Positions 12,831-26,180 of a stretch of 64,000 nt of DNA are shown here, in pieces. Position 1 is the first letter of the stretch; the number at the start of each line of letters is the position of its first letter. The stretch is from the NCBI GenBank assembly GCA_965235115.1, contig OZ249436.1, forward strand, positions 46,874,001 to 46,938,000, given 5' to 3'. Under the pieces are notes generated by a model. It saw only the letters and a list, made by a program, of their open reading frames with translations. It ran no database searches and had not been told where the DNA came from. This stretch comes from Laetmonice hystrix (taxonomy: Eukaryota). The position numbers and the translations under genes are program-made.

Positions 12831-13468
12831 GTGAGTATGGGTGTTGGCGTTTAGTTGAAAGGCTGCTGTGGAATAGTGGGTCCATCATGTTTTGATGTTT
12901 TACCGCCCGCCCGCCGCAACGCGGCTGCTCCCCGGCAGCCCACCGACTGAGGCGGGGGGGGGGGGGGGGGGAGCGCACATGGAGGAGTTGCGCAATAATT
13001 CCACCCGAAGCCCGGGACTGGACAGTACTCATCTGTTGAAGAGCAAATTCAGCAAAGAAATGAGGCCGTTAATGGGTAGATAGTTTAGGGACGTATATGT
13101 GAAGTTTCAGCACCTGACATGCAACCAATGCCAGGCCCATGGTTTGCAGGGATCGAAATTGGCACCTGGCCCTGGGGCTAATTTTATCCCAGCTGGCCTA
13201 GATATGGGAAAAAGGTGGGACCAGGGCAGGGGCTATTCTCCAGAGACCTGGACCACATGGGTCAGATAACAATGTGCAGGTTCCTGTGGTAAGAATTGAG
13301 TGTTTCAGGCCTTCAGGTGTTTCAGGCGCACAAAATCCCATCGAGGCGCGCGAAAAAGCACGCACCTAGTGATAATAAAATTGCGCCTCTGCTACCATCA
13401 CCATGCCGACTACAGCCAGGTTGAGCGGTTGGGCTGACAGGATGGAGTGTGTTGCAATAATATTGGGG

Positions 13469-13822
13469 CCCGGTGTCGCGGTCTGTTTTCTCCGGCGGTC
13501 TGTAATCTCCGGGAGCATGGTTTCCTATTGTTTAGAGGCCGACCCAGACGGGGTGAGCACGCGCGTGTCGCAGTTTGGGCTCACACCTCCGGTCGTCTGC
13601 TAGCTGATGGGCGGTGGAGTTTTCTTCCAAACAGTAATAAACGACAGCCTGGAGAGGCAAATTATGGACCAAAACTGACGGAGGAGAAAACGGTTATTAC
13701 GTGAGACTCCACCCTGACCTGATATTTTGGATAGTTTACCGAGAACGATACAAATACACACGACTCTGCAGCCCACATCCCGGAGATTTCAGACCGCGGA
13801 GAAAACAGACCGCGACACCGGG
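13469..13822. mobile_element. Non-autonomous TIR element (MITE), ~350 bp, in RRN3 intron 1
   Basis: ~45-bp imperfect terminal inverted repeats: CCCGGTGTCGCGGTCTGTTTTCTCC(G)GCGGTCTG.. / ..CAGACCGCGGAGAAAACAGACCGCGACACCGGG. Confidence 0.8.
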
Positions 13823-13875
13823 ATAAAATAGGCCCCTTTCATTTTATGGTCTTTTTACTCTGTATTCGCTGTGAA

Positions 13876-14059
13876 CAGTGGCGGATCCAGGGGGGGTGTC
13901 GGCGACGTCCGGACCCCCCCTCAGATTAGCCAAATTTAATTTTTTATAACCAAAATGCCTTATTGATTTTACAACGGACCCCCCCCCCCCTCGATCTGCC
14001 CTTTTTATGCTGGACCCCCCTCGGAGCCTCTCTGAAAATAGACCCTAGATCCGCCCCTG
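13876..14059. mobile_element. G/C-tract MITE with CAG..CTG ends and 7-bp target-site duplication
   Basis: TIR CAGTGGCGGATC / GATCCGCCCCTG, flanked on both sides by CTGTGAA. Confidence 0.85.
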
Positions 14060-14483
14060 CTGTGAAGATGGCCCCAGATGCCGACACGGCGCAAAACCAC
14101 TACTCACTCACTCTTAAGTTATAGGTCGGTGGTGCTACTTAGACAGTCAGTTGATGAGTGTTGATCTTAAAGAGTAGCCTACCAGGTACAAAGGATAACA
14201 ATAGTGGGCCTACATAGAAAAATTGCACATGGTGATGCAATGGTGGGGTTGAACATTTGAGGTTGATTGATGTCATCAGTCAATAGTAAACCAATAAGGG
14301 ACACTGTGTAGCCTACATCTCCTCAGAAGAGTGTAATCTTGACAGTAACCTCAATGACCAGATTAATTTTATTTAGTACAGCATAGAAAATATTAATTTA
14401 TAGTTCGGCAGTATTGCTTATGCAAACTTTATGGTTATCTTTAATAGTATGTGTTTATCTTTGTAATATGTTGCAGGAAACAA

Positions 14484-17400
14484 ATGAACAGAAGTGTAAA
14501 TATGGGCTCCAAGGAAGGAACACCCGCTAATGCAACAGATGATTTAGGAAGAATACTAGATAATTACAAGAAGGTAAGACTGTGATCTCCTTTAATTAAG
14601 GAATAACCAGGGCTAGAAAAATATTGTATTGTCATCAAATACTGGAGAATCTATCGATAATTATCTGCTGTCTGTTCTCTTTGGGGAATGTTTCCTGGAC
14701 AAGTCTTTGATATGGTAAAGATTGTATGAGGATATGTCTTTGCTACTTTGAGTAATCATTGTTACAAAAGTTCAGTCGAAGCCTCACTTCTAGCTAGCAG
14801 TGCAGTTATTCAATTCTAAGGTAATGCTAATTGAGGTAATAACTCGCACTAATGACATCGGGCATGGTATAAAAGAGAATAGCTAACTTGCCAATACTGT
14901 TGAGTGAATGTTTGAATCAAGGGGTTGACCATGAGTTGCTCTATTTTATACAGGGTTCTACAAAAGATTTTGAAATTTTTGTCAGCCACCTCAGAGACCC
15001 AGCACTCTCGGTGAGTACTTTGAATGTGGGGCCACTGTGATGAATGTAAATAATTATAGGCTGTAAATCAGTTGATGTATGAAACAAATCAAGAACAATA
15101 TACTTGTACCTTTCAGTGTTCTTATGAATTCTCTACAACATGTATTTACCTAATTGTTTTTTTACAGCCTACTTTATTAGCTGCATATTTGAAGAAACTT
15201 ACAGCATGTTCTAACAGACTTGGGAAGGACTTTGAAGGTCTTGTTGCTGTTGTTTTGGTAAGTTGACCATTTTCAATATGTCTACAAAAGAAAATAAAAA
15301 ATACATTAAAAAAAAAAAAAAAAAAAGTTGACCATTTTCATTTGCTACACGTTAAATTTCTTTCCGAGTTCTGTAAGGTACCGTAATCTTCCGTGTATAA
15401 GCCACACTTTTTTTGTCCTCAAATTAATCATAAATCGGGGGTGCGTCTTATACATGGCCACAAGCGGCTGGAGACTTCTACATCTATGCGGAGACCAAGT
15501 CGGCCCATAAGTTAGTTCAGATATTATCCCTAGGTGGCGCCCCCACACTATTATTACCCCCAGTGGTGGTATTGCGAATAAAGTATTAATGTTATATAGA
15601 GAGTTATAGATTTTAAAAAACATATATAAAGAGAGATATAGACAGAGAAAGATTTTGGGCAAGATCATCATTTGAATGGGATAAAATTCACAAAGGACTG
15701 ACCTGCTTTATACCCAAAGCCCGTTAATACCCATTGTTTTACGTGTGACTATTTGCTGACTAAGACATTGAGATGGATTCCAAAAATAAAAGTATGACCT
15801 ATTGTTTTCAATGCCCCGTGAAAGCAATGGCCTGTTTAACAATGGGAGGTGATGGTGGGACCGGTGTCTGGCCAATGACTTTTCACACTATGGTGTCATA
15901 GGGTTGATGGTTGAGGCCCAACTTTGCTACGACTGGCGTCAGGAACATGAAATTTTTTTTCTGACTTTTGCTCCAAAAACGGCGGTGCGGCTTATACATG
16001 GCTGCGGCTTGTACACGGAAGATTACGGGTAATTTCCTAATGCAAGTTTCTTGTAATTGTGTATGATGCCAGGTCAGTGTAATTTTGTCTTAAAACAAAG
16101 GATCGCTGACGATTTTGATGACCTTGTCTTTGTAGAATTTGCCATGGCTTCATCGAGGCCCAGATGTACAGGAGGAGTACAAGGCTTTTGTGGTCAGCCT
16201 TGTGTCTGCTTGGACGATAAATTTACGTGCCTGTCTCTGTTTAATCGTCAAACAGTTCATGCCAGGTAAGCTTAGCTCAACACCCTCGTTTCTATTTATT
16301 TGAGTGTCTGATTTTATCGTGCGAGCAATGGAGAGATTATAGTGAGGAAGGATTATGGTGCTTAATAGAATATCACTTCAACACTGATATTTAAAAAAAC
16401 CTGTTAAAACCTGGGTTGATAGAAGATATCGAAATGTCAAGAGAGAAAGATTGATAATGCTCATGCCATGTACAGACTATCCATGGATAAAAAATTCAAC
16501 ATGTCTTTTCTTGTCATGTTGATAAAACCAATATATTTATAGTGCCTTATAAAGCAAAGCAGATTAACAAGTCTTGTGTAACACATCCCTTTTAAAATTA
16601 AATTTGTATGTTTTTCAGCTCCAAACAAGGAGATTGACAAAGTGACACGCGAGATAGATGAGACTAACTTTGGCCAGCTTCATGCGTTATTAAAAGCTAT
16701 AATCAAGATTGTACCAATGTAAGCTTATTGAAAAATGTCAATTTGTAACAAGTTAGAACATTCATGCATTATTACAGGCTATAATCAAGATTGTACCAAT
16801 GTAAGCTTATTGAAAAATGTCAATTTGTAACAAGTTAGAACATTCATGCATTATTACAGGCTATAATCAAGATTGTACCAATGTAAACTTATTGAAAAAT
16901 GTCAATTTGTAACAAGTTAGAACATTCATGCATTATTACAGGCTATAATCAAGATTGTACCAATGTAAGCTTATTGAAAAATGTCAATTTGTAACAAGTT
17001 AGAACAGGTAGCTGGTAACTGAATTGGTAACTCATTGTCCTCAACTTAAGTTTAAAAATAGGGATTATTTTGTACAAAACGATGCTCATTTTTTATATTT
17101 AGTCCATGGCAGTGCCAGATAATTTATCCTCTGAGTTTCAATCAAGCTGAAATGAGTATCAGCGTTTCCACTTGAAGAGATTACTTAAATGTACATGATG
17201 ACGGTCATTGTTCCAGGACGCCAGTCGTACTGTTGCCCGAACTACGGGACATTTTCCCTTACATGACTAAGTCTGCCTACATACATGAGTGTTACGTTAG
17301 GAACCTGCTGCACATCACGGAGTACCTCCCTACACTTCGGCAACCTGTTCTGGAACTCATTCTTGATAGAATGACAAAGTTAGATGTGGGTAGAACAGTA

Positions 17401-20400
17401 GGATAGGCACATGTTCTGTTCAAGTATTGTTGAAAAAAGTTATGAAAAATTGCCAATACAGTCTGACATCATTAGTCTGCACGTCTTTAATTCTGATAGT
17501 TATTAATCACTTTATCTACACTTCTCTATTTAAATTGATGACATAATTTGGCCCAAGCTTTTTAAATAAATGTGTACAGGTCTGTGAATAGAATCTGGTT
17601 TTATACTCCAGGTGCAGTCCCCCAGACAAGATTTGCTGGCCAGAGCCACGTCAAAAGAAGCAAGTGAGATCACTGAGGCGATGCAAGGAGACACTCTATT
17701 TGAAATGGTCAGCTTATTTTAATAAATGTACTCTTAATACCAGGCCATTGTTACCATATGGTAGGACTTTAACTAAAGCTAAGTAAACTCTGTAAGATCT
17801 AAGCAAACAGAAGATAAATGATAATAATATCGAAAAACTAAAAGATTTTTCTGTCATAATGTTAAAAACCCTAACTGCAATGTTTATCATGATTTCACCC
17901 TAATATTTATAAATTGTGCTCGGATTGATCAGGAAGATATTGTTGGAGATGGCCCAGGGCAGGAAGAGGCTGATGACAATCCAACGTTGAAACCGACCAA
18001 CTACGATTTGGACCCTATGGCTCACCCTGAAGGAAACAGGCTGGACATTTTGATGGATGTCGTCTTCAGATACATCTACTCGGTCTGTAAACCTAAAGGT
18101 ATGTCTGTACATTGACTGTCTTCATGTCAATGTGGCATTGATACATCTACTCGGTCTGTAAACCTAAAGGTATGTCTGTACATTGACTGTCTTCATGTCA
18201 ATGTGGCATTGATACATCTACTCGGTCTGTAAACCTAAAGGTATGTCTGTACATTGACTGTCTTCATGTCAATGTGGCTTTGATGGCAAGGCTTTAAAAA
18301 ACTAGAAACAGATCATGACGTGAATTTATATATGTATTTGTTTTTTTATCTAGGAGAACTAGATTGGGAAGAAACCAAAAATCTCTACAGAGATCTACTG
18401 ATGGGCTTTGATCGTATCCTTCTGACGACGTATGCATCATGCCATGTTCAGTTCGTTATGTTTTACATCTGTAGTTTTAAAGAGGTAAGTGGACAACAAC
18501 TAACACAATTCAACAGTTGAATCCTCTCCTATGCAACCCATCATCATAATGAGTAGCTCATGCCAATGGCTAGACATTGAACCATGCCTCTGTATCAGGG
18601 ATGAAAGTTTTCAGGAAATTTCCTGAAATCAGGAAATTTGAAAAAATCCCCCCCCCCCCCCAAGAAATAACACCCAAAAAAGAAAATAGGCCTAGATCTA
18701 TAGGCAAAAGAGGTAGGCCTAAGCCAAGGCTAAGTATTGCCCTGGACTGTGTGGTGGGCAATTAATATCAAATGAAACAATATCCCCTTCCAGGACGTTT
18801 TTTAACACCATGCAGCTCAATATATCTCTACCTGCCAAAGTTCGTTTATAGATGGGGATATTAGAGTGTCTCAAACCCGTTCAGTGTCACGGGTGCCGCC
18901 GTGCATAGGCCGGTCTGCCGGGGGTGCTGGTCCCTGTAGCTGTGGTGACATCGCTCACATAGACCGGCCCGCGTGGGCTGACTTCTACCGCACGCGGTGG
19001 CGTCTGTCCCGTCTGGCAGGCACGGCCCCGTGTCGCTGTGGTGAGAGCGACTCACCTCAGGTAATGACTTCAGGCAAAATTGATGGTCAGGCAGCTGCGA
19101 AGCCCGTTGATTCAGGCTTGCCATTATGCCATATCCATGCGCGAGTTTTGCCTGAGCGCTCACTTAGTGAACGAGACTATAGTATAGACAGACCGGTCTG
19201 TCTAGTCCCGGCGTTGGTGATAGTGATTAGGCTGACGAACTATGCACCATCACAATGTCACTCCTCACAGGAAACTGGGTCAATTTAGTTCTATGAATCT
19301 GCCTAGTATATATGTCAGTAAGTTCTCATAATGTGTTCTTGCATATAAATTTGAGGATAGTGGCATTACGTAAGTGGTTTTCACTGAAGTTTTGGGGTTG
19401 TCAGGACTTTTCATTACATTTGTCGATCAGTGCAGGTGTCCTGATAAGACCGGAAGTGACAATTTTCACAACAACATGAGTGGCACATGGACACACGGGC
19501 TGAACCACTCGACTCAGCGAAGCCTGTGTTGCTTGGCTGAGAGCCGCTGAGGGTCGTGACTGCTGAGGGTCAAGACTGATGGACAGCCTGTGTGGTCAGT
19601 CTAACACATGGAAGCTGTTTGACAACGTAATCGGTTGCATTTTGGACGCTAAAAGCCGACTGGATTCCAATGTTGGAGAGAGACGGCAGAGCCAGGCAGA
19701 GGTTGACATGCACTGACTGTGAGTGTGACTGAGTGACAGGCAAGCAACAGCCTTGAACAGGGGCATGGACTGATGAGTGATGGAGTCTATCCAGCAAATT
19801 TGCAGGGGTGGGGGGTTGAGGGGGGGGTGGGGTGGGGGGGGGGGTGGCGACTAAATACTGAGGGCTAGGCCCTATAATATATAATAGCTAGGAGGCCTTA
19901 TCGGATCATGATTGTCTGCTGTTCCTAGCCTGACTTTTTTTAAGGGGGGGGGGGGGTAAGCCTTGGATGTGCGCATGAACAAATATTAATTATGGACATT
20001 GGCCCCCGCCGCTCCCCCCCGGTCAGAATTTCAGGAAATTTTACAGCTGGCCACTTTCATCCCTGCTGTATATGGGGCCCCATTACCATATATAGGTATG
20101 GTTCCACGTGTAAGCAACAGCGCACTGTTTTGAAATGTAAACTGCTGGCTGTTCAGCCCTATATCAGAGTCCTACGATTTCATTTTTCTTACATATGGGC
20201 GATTGCATGTTCATCCTATTTATACATCATAGACATGTAGCTAGGGGTGAAAGGGTGAAAAATGTTACATCTCATAGTTATATATTTGGGGTGGGCCTTT
20301 AATGGTTTTGCATCCGAAATGAATTAATCTTGAGTTGATTCGTATTGAAAAAAATTGCAGTAATCCTAGAAAATTTTAAAGAAACCTAGCAGTGACAAAT

Positions 20401-22270
20401 ATGTTAGTTTTATATCGCCACCTTTTGTTCGCAGTCATTGGCTGAGGCTTTCCTCGATTACCTATGGAAGAAATTTATGGACCCAACAACACAGATGATT
20501 TTTAGGCAGATAGCAGTCTACTACATGGGTAGTCTTGTAAGCAGAGCAAAGTACATCAATAAAAGGTCAGTACAGTTGTATGGCATTCAAACACCGGATT
20601 TTTCTAAATGTTACCTTTAAAAAGGTCTGCCAGTCATTGTCAGTAAAAAGATGCAGTTTTGTTTCTGGAGCCCATGATCCTATAATTCCTGTAATATTAG
20701 CACGATCAGGTCAAATTCTAGTGGACCCCAGGTCATTGGATGGTGAGGCTAGACCTATTGCACACGTTATTGTGTGACTTATTGTCCACAAAACCGAGAT
20801 ACTCAGATCTATAGTCACTTGAAGATGTATGTTTGCTAACTTACAGCATGGTTCGGGCAGTACTGGACATTTTCACAGATTGGATCCACAAATATGTGGT
20901 TCAAGCTGCTTACACCACGAGCAAGCCAGATGTCGCTCATCATGGAACATTCTATTCTTTATGTCAAACTCTCTTCTATATTTTTATATTCCGACACAAG
21001 GAAATAATTCAAACACCAACAGGTAAATCTACAAACTGTCAGATTTATTTTATGTTGTGTTTCCTGCTATTCTAAATACCAGTACCTGACATCCGCTGTG
21101 AAAGTAACACTTCATCAGAAATTGTAACACAGGTCTTTTTTTAAACCAGCAATTTGACCCAATGTTTTTGTGCCTTGCAGGTTACAAGTATATCCAAAGT
21201 CTTAACTTTCAAACTATTATAACAAGTAGACTGAATCCACTGCGTGTATGCCAACAAACTGTTGCCAAGACATTTGCCAGCGTCACAAGGTGAGCAGTGA
21301 CTTAGTCTGAAGCTTTGACTTAGAAGGCCTTGCATTATTTAAGGTAAAGTTTGGGGTAGTTGACATTGTTTACGAGTGGAATAATTGTATCAGAGCTCTG
21401 GTTTTGTCATCAAGGTTCATATAACAGAGGAGGAGGTGGGAGAGGTGGAGGCTTTCTAACACATTGATTTATTTTTACACAGACAACATCAGCTAGCCTT
21501 CTGTGATGCCATAATCGAGCGAAATCGTCGGAATATACTCCCAGTTGAATCAAGCGGTGACGTTGTAACAAATCCCTTGGATTCTTTCTTCCCGTTTGAC
21601 CCATACATTTTAAACAAGTAAGTAGACATTAGGCCAGATTTGTAGTCATTCAGTGACAATGGATCTATACAGGTACAGTAGATATTAACCGTCTTTAAGT
21701 GTATTCGAATGTTAAATGAAGTAATTTCCTAGAAAAGGCCCTACAATAATGTGAATATTTCATCAGAAGTTTACAGAATAGTGTACAAAATGGTTTATAT
21801 TTTCTGTCACAATAATGTTTACCTGGTTTGTTACCTGCAGGTCGAGTGTGTTTATAGAACCATTGTTTCGGGAATATAAGGGAACGCCAGCCCAAGAGGA
21901 AGAGGTTTTAGAAGATGATATGGAGGCAAGCATTTAGAGTTAATATAGCATGGCTTTACACCATAGCTTCTTTACACTATTTACATCTAGAAATATTTAC
22001 TGTATAAACCAGTAAAAATTGGACGAATATGATAAGCTGTAACCTATGAATGTTATGAACAGAGATGAACAAAGAGACAGTTATAACTTACTTTTTCTAT
22101 GAACTGTGTTTAAAAAATATGATAATAAATCAACTATCACTGTGCATGTATTACAGGCTGACTTTGATGAAGCTTTGGGATCGACACCAGGGGGCGGGTC
22201 GGTGCCTCTATCCCCGACTGTGCCAGACTTCCTGATGTACGGCACTTCGCCGGGCTTTCAAAACACATAA
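14484..22270 (+). CDS. RRN3: RNA polymerase I-specific transcription initiation factor RRN3 (TIF-IA), 15 coding exons, ~592 aa
   Basis: Exons 14484-14573, 14954-15010, 15168-15257, 16136-16265, 16619-16718, 17217-17385, 17612-17707, 17933-18098, 18354-18484, 20435-20565, 20847-21022, 21181-21289, 21483-21617, 21841-21925, 22157-22270; 1779 nt, phase-consistent. Motifs: FPYMTKS..ECYVRNLLHITEYLP..LELILDRMTKLDV, LLTTYASCHVQFVMFYICSF, YMGSLVSRAKY, HGTFYSLCQTLFYIFIFRH, SRLNPLRVC, NPLDSFFPFDPY. Confidence 0.95.
15381..16028. mobile_element. TA-flanked MITE (Tc1/mariner-like ends CCGTA..TACGG), ~650 bp
   Basis: TA|CCGTAATCTTCCGTGTATAAGCC ... GGCTTGTACACGGAAGATTACGG|(g)TA; internal direct repeat GGTGCG(t/g)CTTATACATGGC near both ends. 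Confidence 0.85.
16677..17006 (+). repeat. 82-bp tandem repeat x4 containing the 3' end of an RRN3 exon and its donor site
   Basis: GCTATAATCAAGATTGTACCAAT|GTAA recurs with the exon end at 16718, 16800, 16882 and 16964. Confidence 0.95.
18069..18279 (+). repeat. 71-bp tandem repeat x3 containing the 3' end of an RRN3 exon and its donor site
   Basis: GATACATCTACTCGGTCTGTAAACCTAAAG|GTATGT with GT at 18099, 18170 and 18241. Confidence 0.95.
18596..20065. mobile_element. 1.47-kb non-autonomous DNA transposon in an RRN3 intron
   Basis: 13-bp TIR CAGGGATGAAAGT / ACTTTCATCCCTG; subterminal TCAGGAAATTT at both ends; CTGTAT duplicated on both flanks; no transposase ORF recognised. Confidence 0.8.
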
Positions 22271-22524
22271 CATCAGACCGGAAAGTGATCGAGTTATTCT
22301 GGGCAAAGAAGTATGTGAATATGTAATTGTGAATGGTTTAGATGGAGCATGGAAGGCATGATGCAGAAAGTGGTAAATATTGGTATTATAAAAAAACATT
22401 TGATACAGGACTATGTAAGGTTCTGTGATCTTGGTTATTTATTCATTAGATGTATTGCGTATTGTTTTGTCATTGTAATACCAGTTTCTGAGAACACAAG
22501 GCCCAAAACTTTAGGGTTGGTTTT

Positions 22525-22530
22525 AATAAA
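22525..22530 (+). terminator. Probable RRN3 poly(A) signal
   Basis: First AATAAA after the RRN3 stop (22270). Confidence 0.55.
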
Positions 22531-23904
22531 AGCATAAATGAACATTGTATTTAATTAATCAAAAAACTTTTTCACAAATGTCATACCATACCATAAAACA
22601 AGGACTACCGGTACCAATATCTTTATACAAATCATATACAATAAACTAAGATGTGGCAGGACAATTGGTAATTAAGTACTTATTAAATAAAAACTTTTGT
22701 AAGGGTAGGTTGATCAATGCAAAGTAACCAGTGACATTAAAACTATTGATTGTACAGTTCGTTGTTTAGGGCATAGTTTGTGACATTTACCCTACTTCTT
22801 GTCGACTCTTGAGGTACGAGTAGGTAAAATTTAAAAGGTTATCTGTGCATTTCGAGGCCACTGAAGCTATCTCAGTTTGCTTAAACCGTCACAATATTGA
22901 ACTGAGTATGTGTATATGGTATTTTCTGAAATCATTCACCGTTGCTGGTAGGTGGAATGGGCTCCCTGGAGCATTGAGGTGTTGATTTAGTGGTACCTTC
23001 TTGTTATGTAAAGACACTGTAAAACAGTGTCACTACAATGATGTTTTGGGCGTGAGAATGAATGGTCAATAAATGAGATACGAAATAACATTTGTGTTAT
23101 CTGTTAACTTTGTTGCATTCGACTAAGGAGAAATTCACCCTCCACATTTAATACCACTTTATTAATTCAGGACAATGTACTTTGTCATCGTGAAATATCT
23201 TAAGTCAAATTGTTCATCTGCAAAATTATTAATGGCAATTAGCGAGGTCTTCATAAAAGTCCCCCATCCCCCCCCCCCCAAGTAGTAGTATGCACCTACT
23301 CGTGCTGACTGCGTTTACTTTACAATGACCTTCACATCAACCGTAATAACCACAATCTTCATGCCATATGCACTCAGAAAAAACTACCATGGCCCATATG
23401 AACATACCCATAATTTAAATTTTGTTTCCAACCGTGCACCCCCTGGGATATTAATTTCAGGCGTGCAACACTCTGCAGATCTGCTTGTTAAAGAACCCTT
23501 GCCACTTCTCGATAAGAATACAGGCATGACCCAGTGTAAAGGTTTCTCTCCTGTGTTATTTCATCACCACCAGAGATAGAAAAAAAAATGTTTCCGAAGA
23601 TGGCAAACATTTGCCGACATGATGTAAAACCGTCAACCCACCAAGTGCTACCACTTGCTCAAAAAATCAAGTATGAAGCTGACAATCCAAAGATCAGGCA
23701 TATCGAAGGCCTCGTTCTGTGTGTAATAGGTCAATGAAGGTCAAAATCTATAGATTGGGCACGGCAAAGAAAGAGGGAACCAGCTATTTAAAAAAGGAAA
23801 TTCCTTATCATAGTATGATTTTTCTATTTTTATGTACATTATCAAGACTATTTTTAAACTGCAGAAAGAACAAGCCAACTCAAAAGTTCTACAATGATGT
23901 ATGT

Positions 23905-23910
23905 TTTATT
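23905..23910 (-). terminator. Probable MRPL12 poly(A) signal
   Basis: TTTATT on + strand, ~300 nt downstream of the MRPL12 stop. Confidence 0.55.
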
Positions 23911-24209
23911 GCCATACAATGATAGAGTGGGACACAGTGCGAGGTTGAAGAATGGCAGTTACCCACACTGACAAACCGATTCTTTTGTAAAACATTACTC
24001 CGCCATTTTCTCTATGATATTATTATATCCTTCAGAAGTACAAGTCTTCCACATGATGCGTCAGCACTGCCTTGCTTTGTCCAAATTTTACCTATCTTAG
24101 AGTAAATTATTTATGCAAACTACAAAGCTGTAGAGAATGTGTGACGTCTCAATGTGCCTGACCGTTTGTATCCCACATTGATGCAAACATAGTTATGTAC
24201 ACACACAGT

Positions 24210-26180
24210 TTATGCAATCTCAACAGTTCCTCCTACAGCCTCCAGAGTTTTCTTCAATGTTTCAGCCTCATCCTTCGGCACGTCTGTCCGTACATCCTGG
24301 GGTAGAGACTCCACAAATTTCTTGGCCTGTGAGAAAGGAATGAAGGATTTAATGAGACACATCCTAACAGTCACTACATCAATATTCCCATAACAAAGTA
24401 CCATATTCAACCCCAAAAAGTGTACAGTAAACGTTAAGAAATATCTTTGGTGATAATAATCATTCTAATAAACCTGCAGCCTAGTATTAGAGCAGATGTG
24501 ACTTCTCCCATTCCCCCAAAGTTCATCACAAAAGGATTGGACTATGTGTCATTTATAGACTGAAGCATTCATAACAATACCTAAGTACTGCCATTCAAAC
24601 AAGTTGTTTTGCTGACAGTGACCTGTGAAAGAATACAAGCAGGCTCACCTGTACGAGATTCATGCCTGTTATCAATGCCTTAATCTCTTTAATGAGGGTA
24701 ACTTTTTTTGTAGCATCAAATTGTGTTAACTTGACTGTAAACATTGATTTTTCTTGTTTGACTTCAACTTCCTCCTCTTCCTCCACTGGTGCTGTAGCAG
24801 CTGGTGCTCCCATGGCCATCATTGGAGCATCTGTGATCTTTAATGTTTTCTGCAACATTTTATAAACAAAGATATGGTATAAAACACACCTCTTTCTAAC
24901 ATACATATGGCAGAATTCTGAAGATTATATTATAGGCTTGCTCACTATGCCGATCTCTACCATTTCATTTAGACTTGTCAAAAGTTTTCAAACTCTTAGA
25001 CTGGTGTAAAACATGGTGAGTAGCTGAGACATCTTATGTGTAGGTCTGTTCTACTCAGCTTCATATAGTGACGGAAAAATGTCAAGTCTAAATATTTAAG
25101 TCTGTTTAAAAATACCATGTGGAATTCTTAATCAAAACCATACATGATAAAATGTATTACCCTACTCAAATACCTTAAAGAGATTAAAAGGAAATTAATG
25201 ATGATACCTTTAAAAGCTCATTTAAATCAGCAACTTCTAGAAGTGTAAGTTGACTTATTTCATTCACAATGCCTTCTATTTTGGGTGAATACTGTTTTTC
25301 TTCTCCTTCCAGTACTGGCAGTTCTATTGTTTCTGTGCTGTATCCATGCGACTGCGATGTTCTCAAACTGGAATGGGATGTCTGACACGTACATCTGAAA
25401 AACACATTTATCATGTAATGACGATTGTGCAGTACACCTGCACTGCTGCAGATACATTTAACTTCCCTATTTTGATCTTTTCTATCACATATTTATCTGA
25501 ATGGGCCTGACTCTGAAGAGTTTTCTATGAAAAATTTTGTTGGAACTTTCTTTTTGGCCATGTTGCCTTTGATATCCCAGCATGCATCTCTCCGACGGTT
25601 AAAGAGCATTGAAATTTCTCGGTTCGAGAGATGTGACTGTCTTTATTGTGTCGCATCGTGCTTTTCCAGCTTGCAGATATGAGAGATAAGTTATTTTGAG
25701 TTTATTTATCACTATTTCATCAACATATAGAGACAAGGGAGGGCTTTTCATGGCAGACAGAAGATTTGTCCGGGTACGCTCGGAAATTCTGAACAGCGAC
25801 CTTCGGCTCTGTACAGAGCACAGAGCCGAATTCTTTGGCTAGTTGTCAGACTGTTAGTACCGAGGTCTAGTCAGTGGCACTGACAGTTACTGGTTAGGTT
25901 TGGCTGGCACTGACAGCAGTACCAGTCCAAAGCCAAGCTCAAGTAAGACAGTGCTGACTGCTGCATTACTAACGACGTGTGTAATACAAGTACTCACACT
26001 CAGTAGACTCGGTGAGTCGGTCGGCAAGACTGTCAAAACTCAAAGACTGACTAGTCAAGTTGTGGCCGGCTAAGCCTAACGTTAAATAAGTTACAACTTG
26101 ACAACGTCTCACCTTAAAACTACACGAGTGTTCCCATATAAACGTGACAGGTGTCGGACGCCTCTGCTCACGGCCTGCAT
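24210..26180 (-). CDS. MRPL12: Mitochondrial large ribosomal subunit protein bL12m (L7/L12), 4 exons, ~190 aa
   Basis: Exons 26180-26113, 25394-25208, 24849-24649, 24326-24210 (573 nt). Arg-rich presequence [15 protein letters not shown], then [85 protein letters not shown]. Confidence 0.96.

Noticed and set aside
18861..19288. ORFs inside the 1.47-kb TIR element as a possible transposase
   Set aside because: Short, no DDE or zinc-finger motifs recognised; consistent with chance ORFs in GC-rich sequence.
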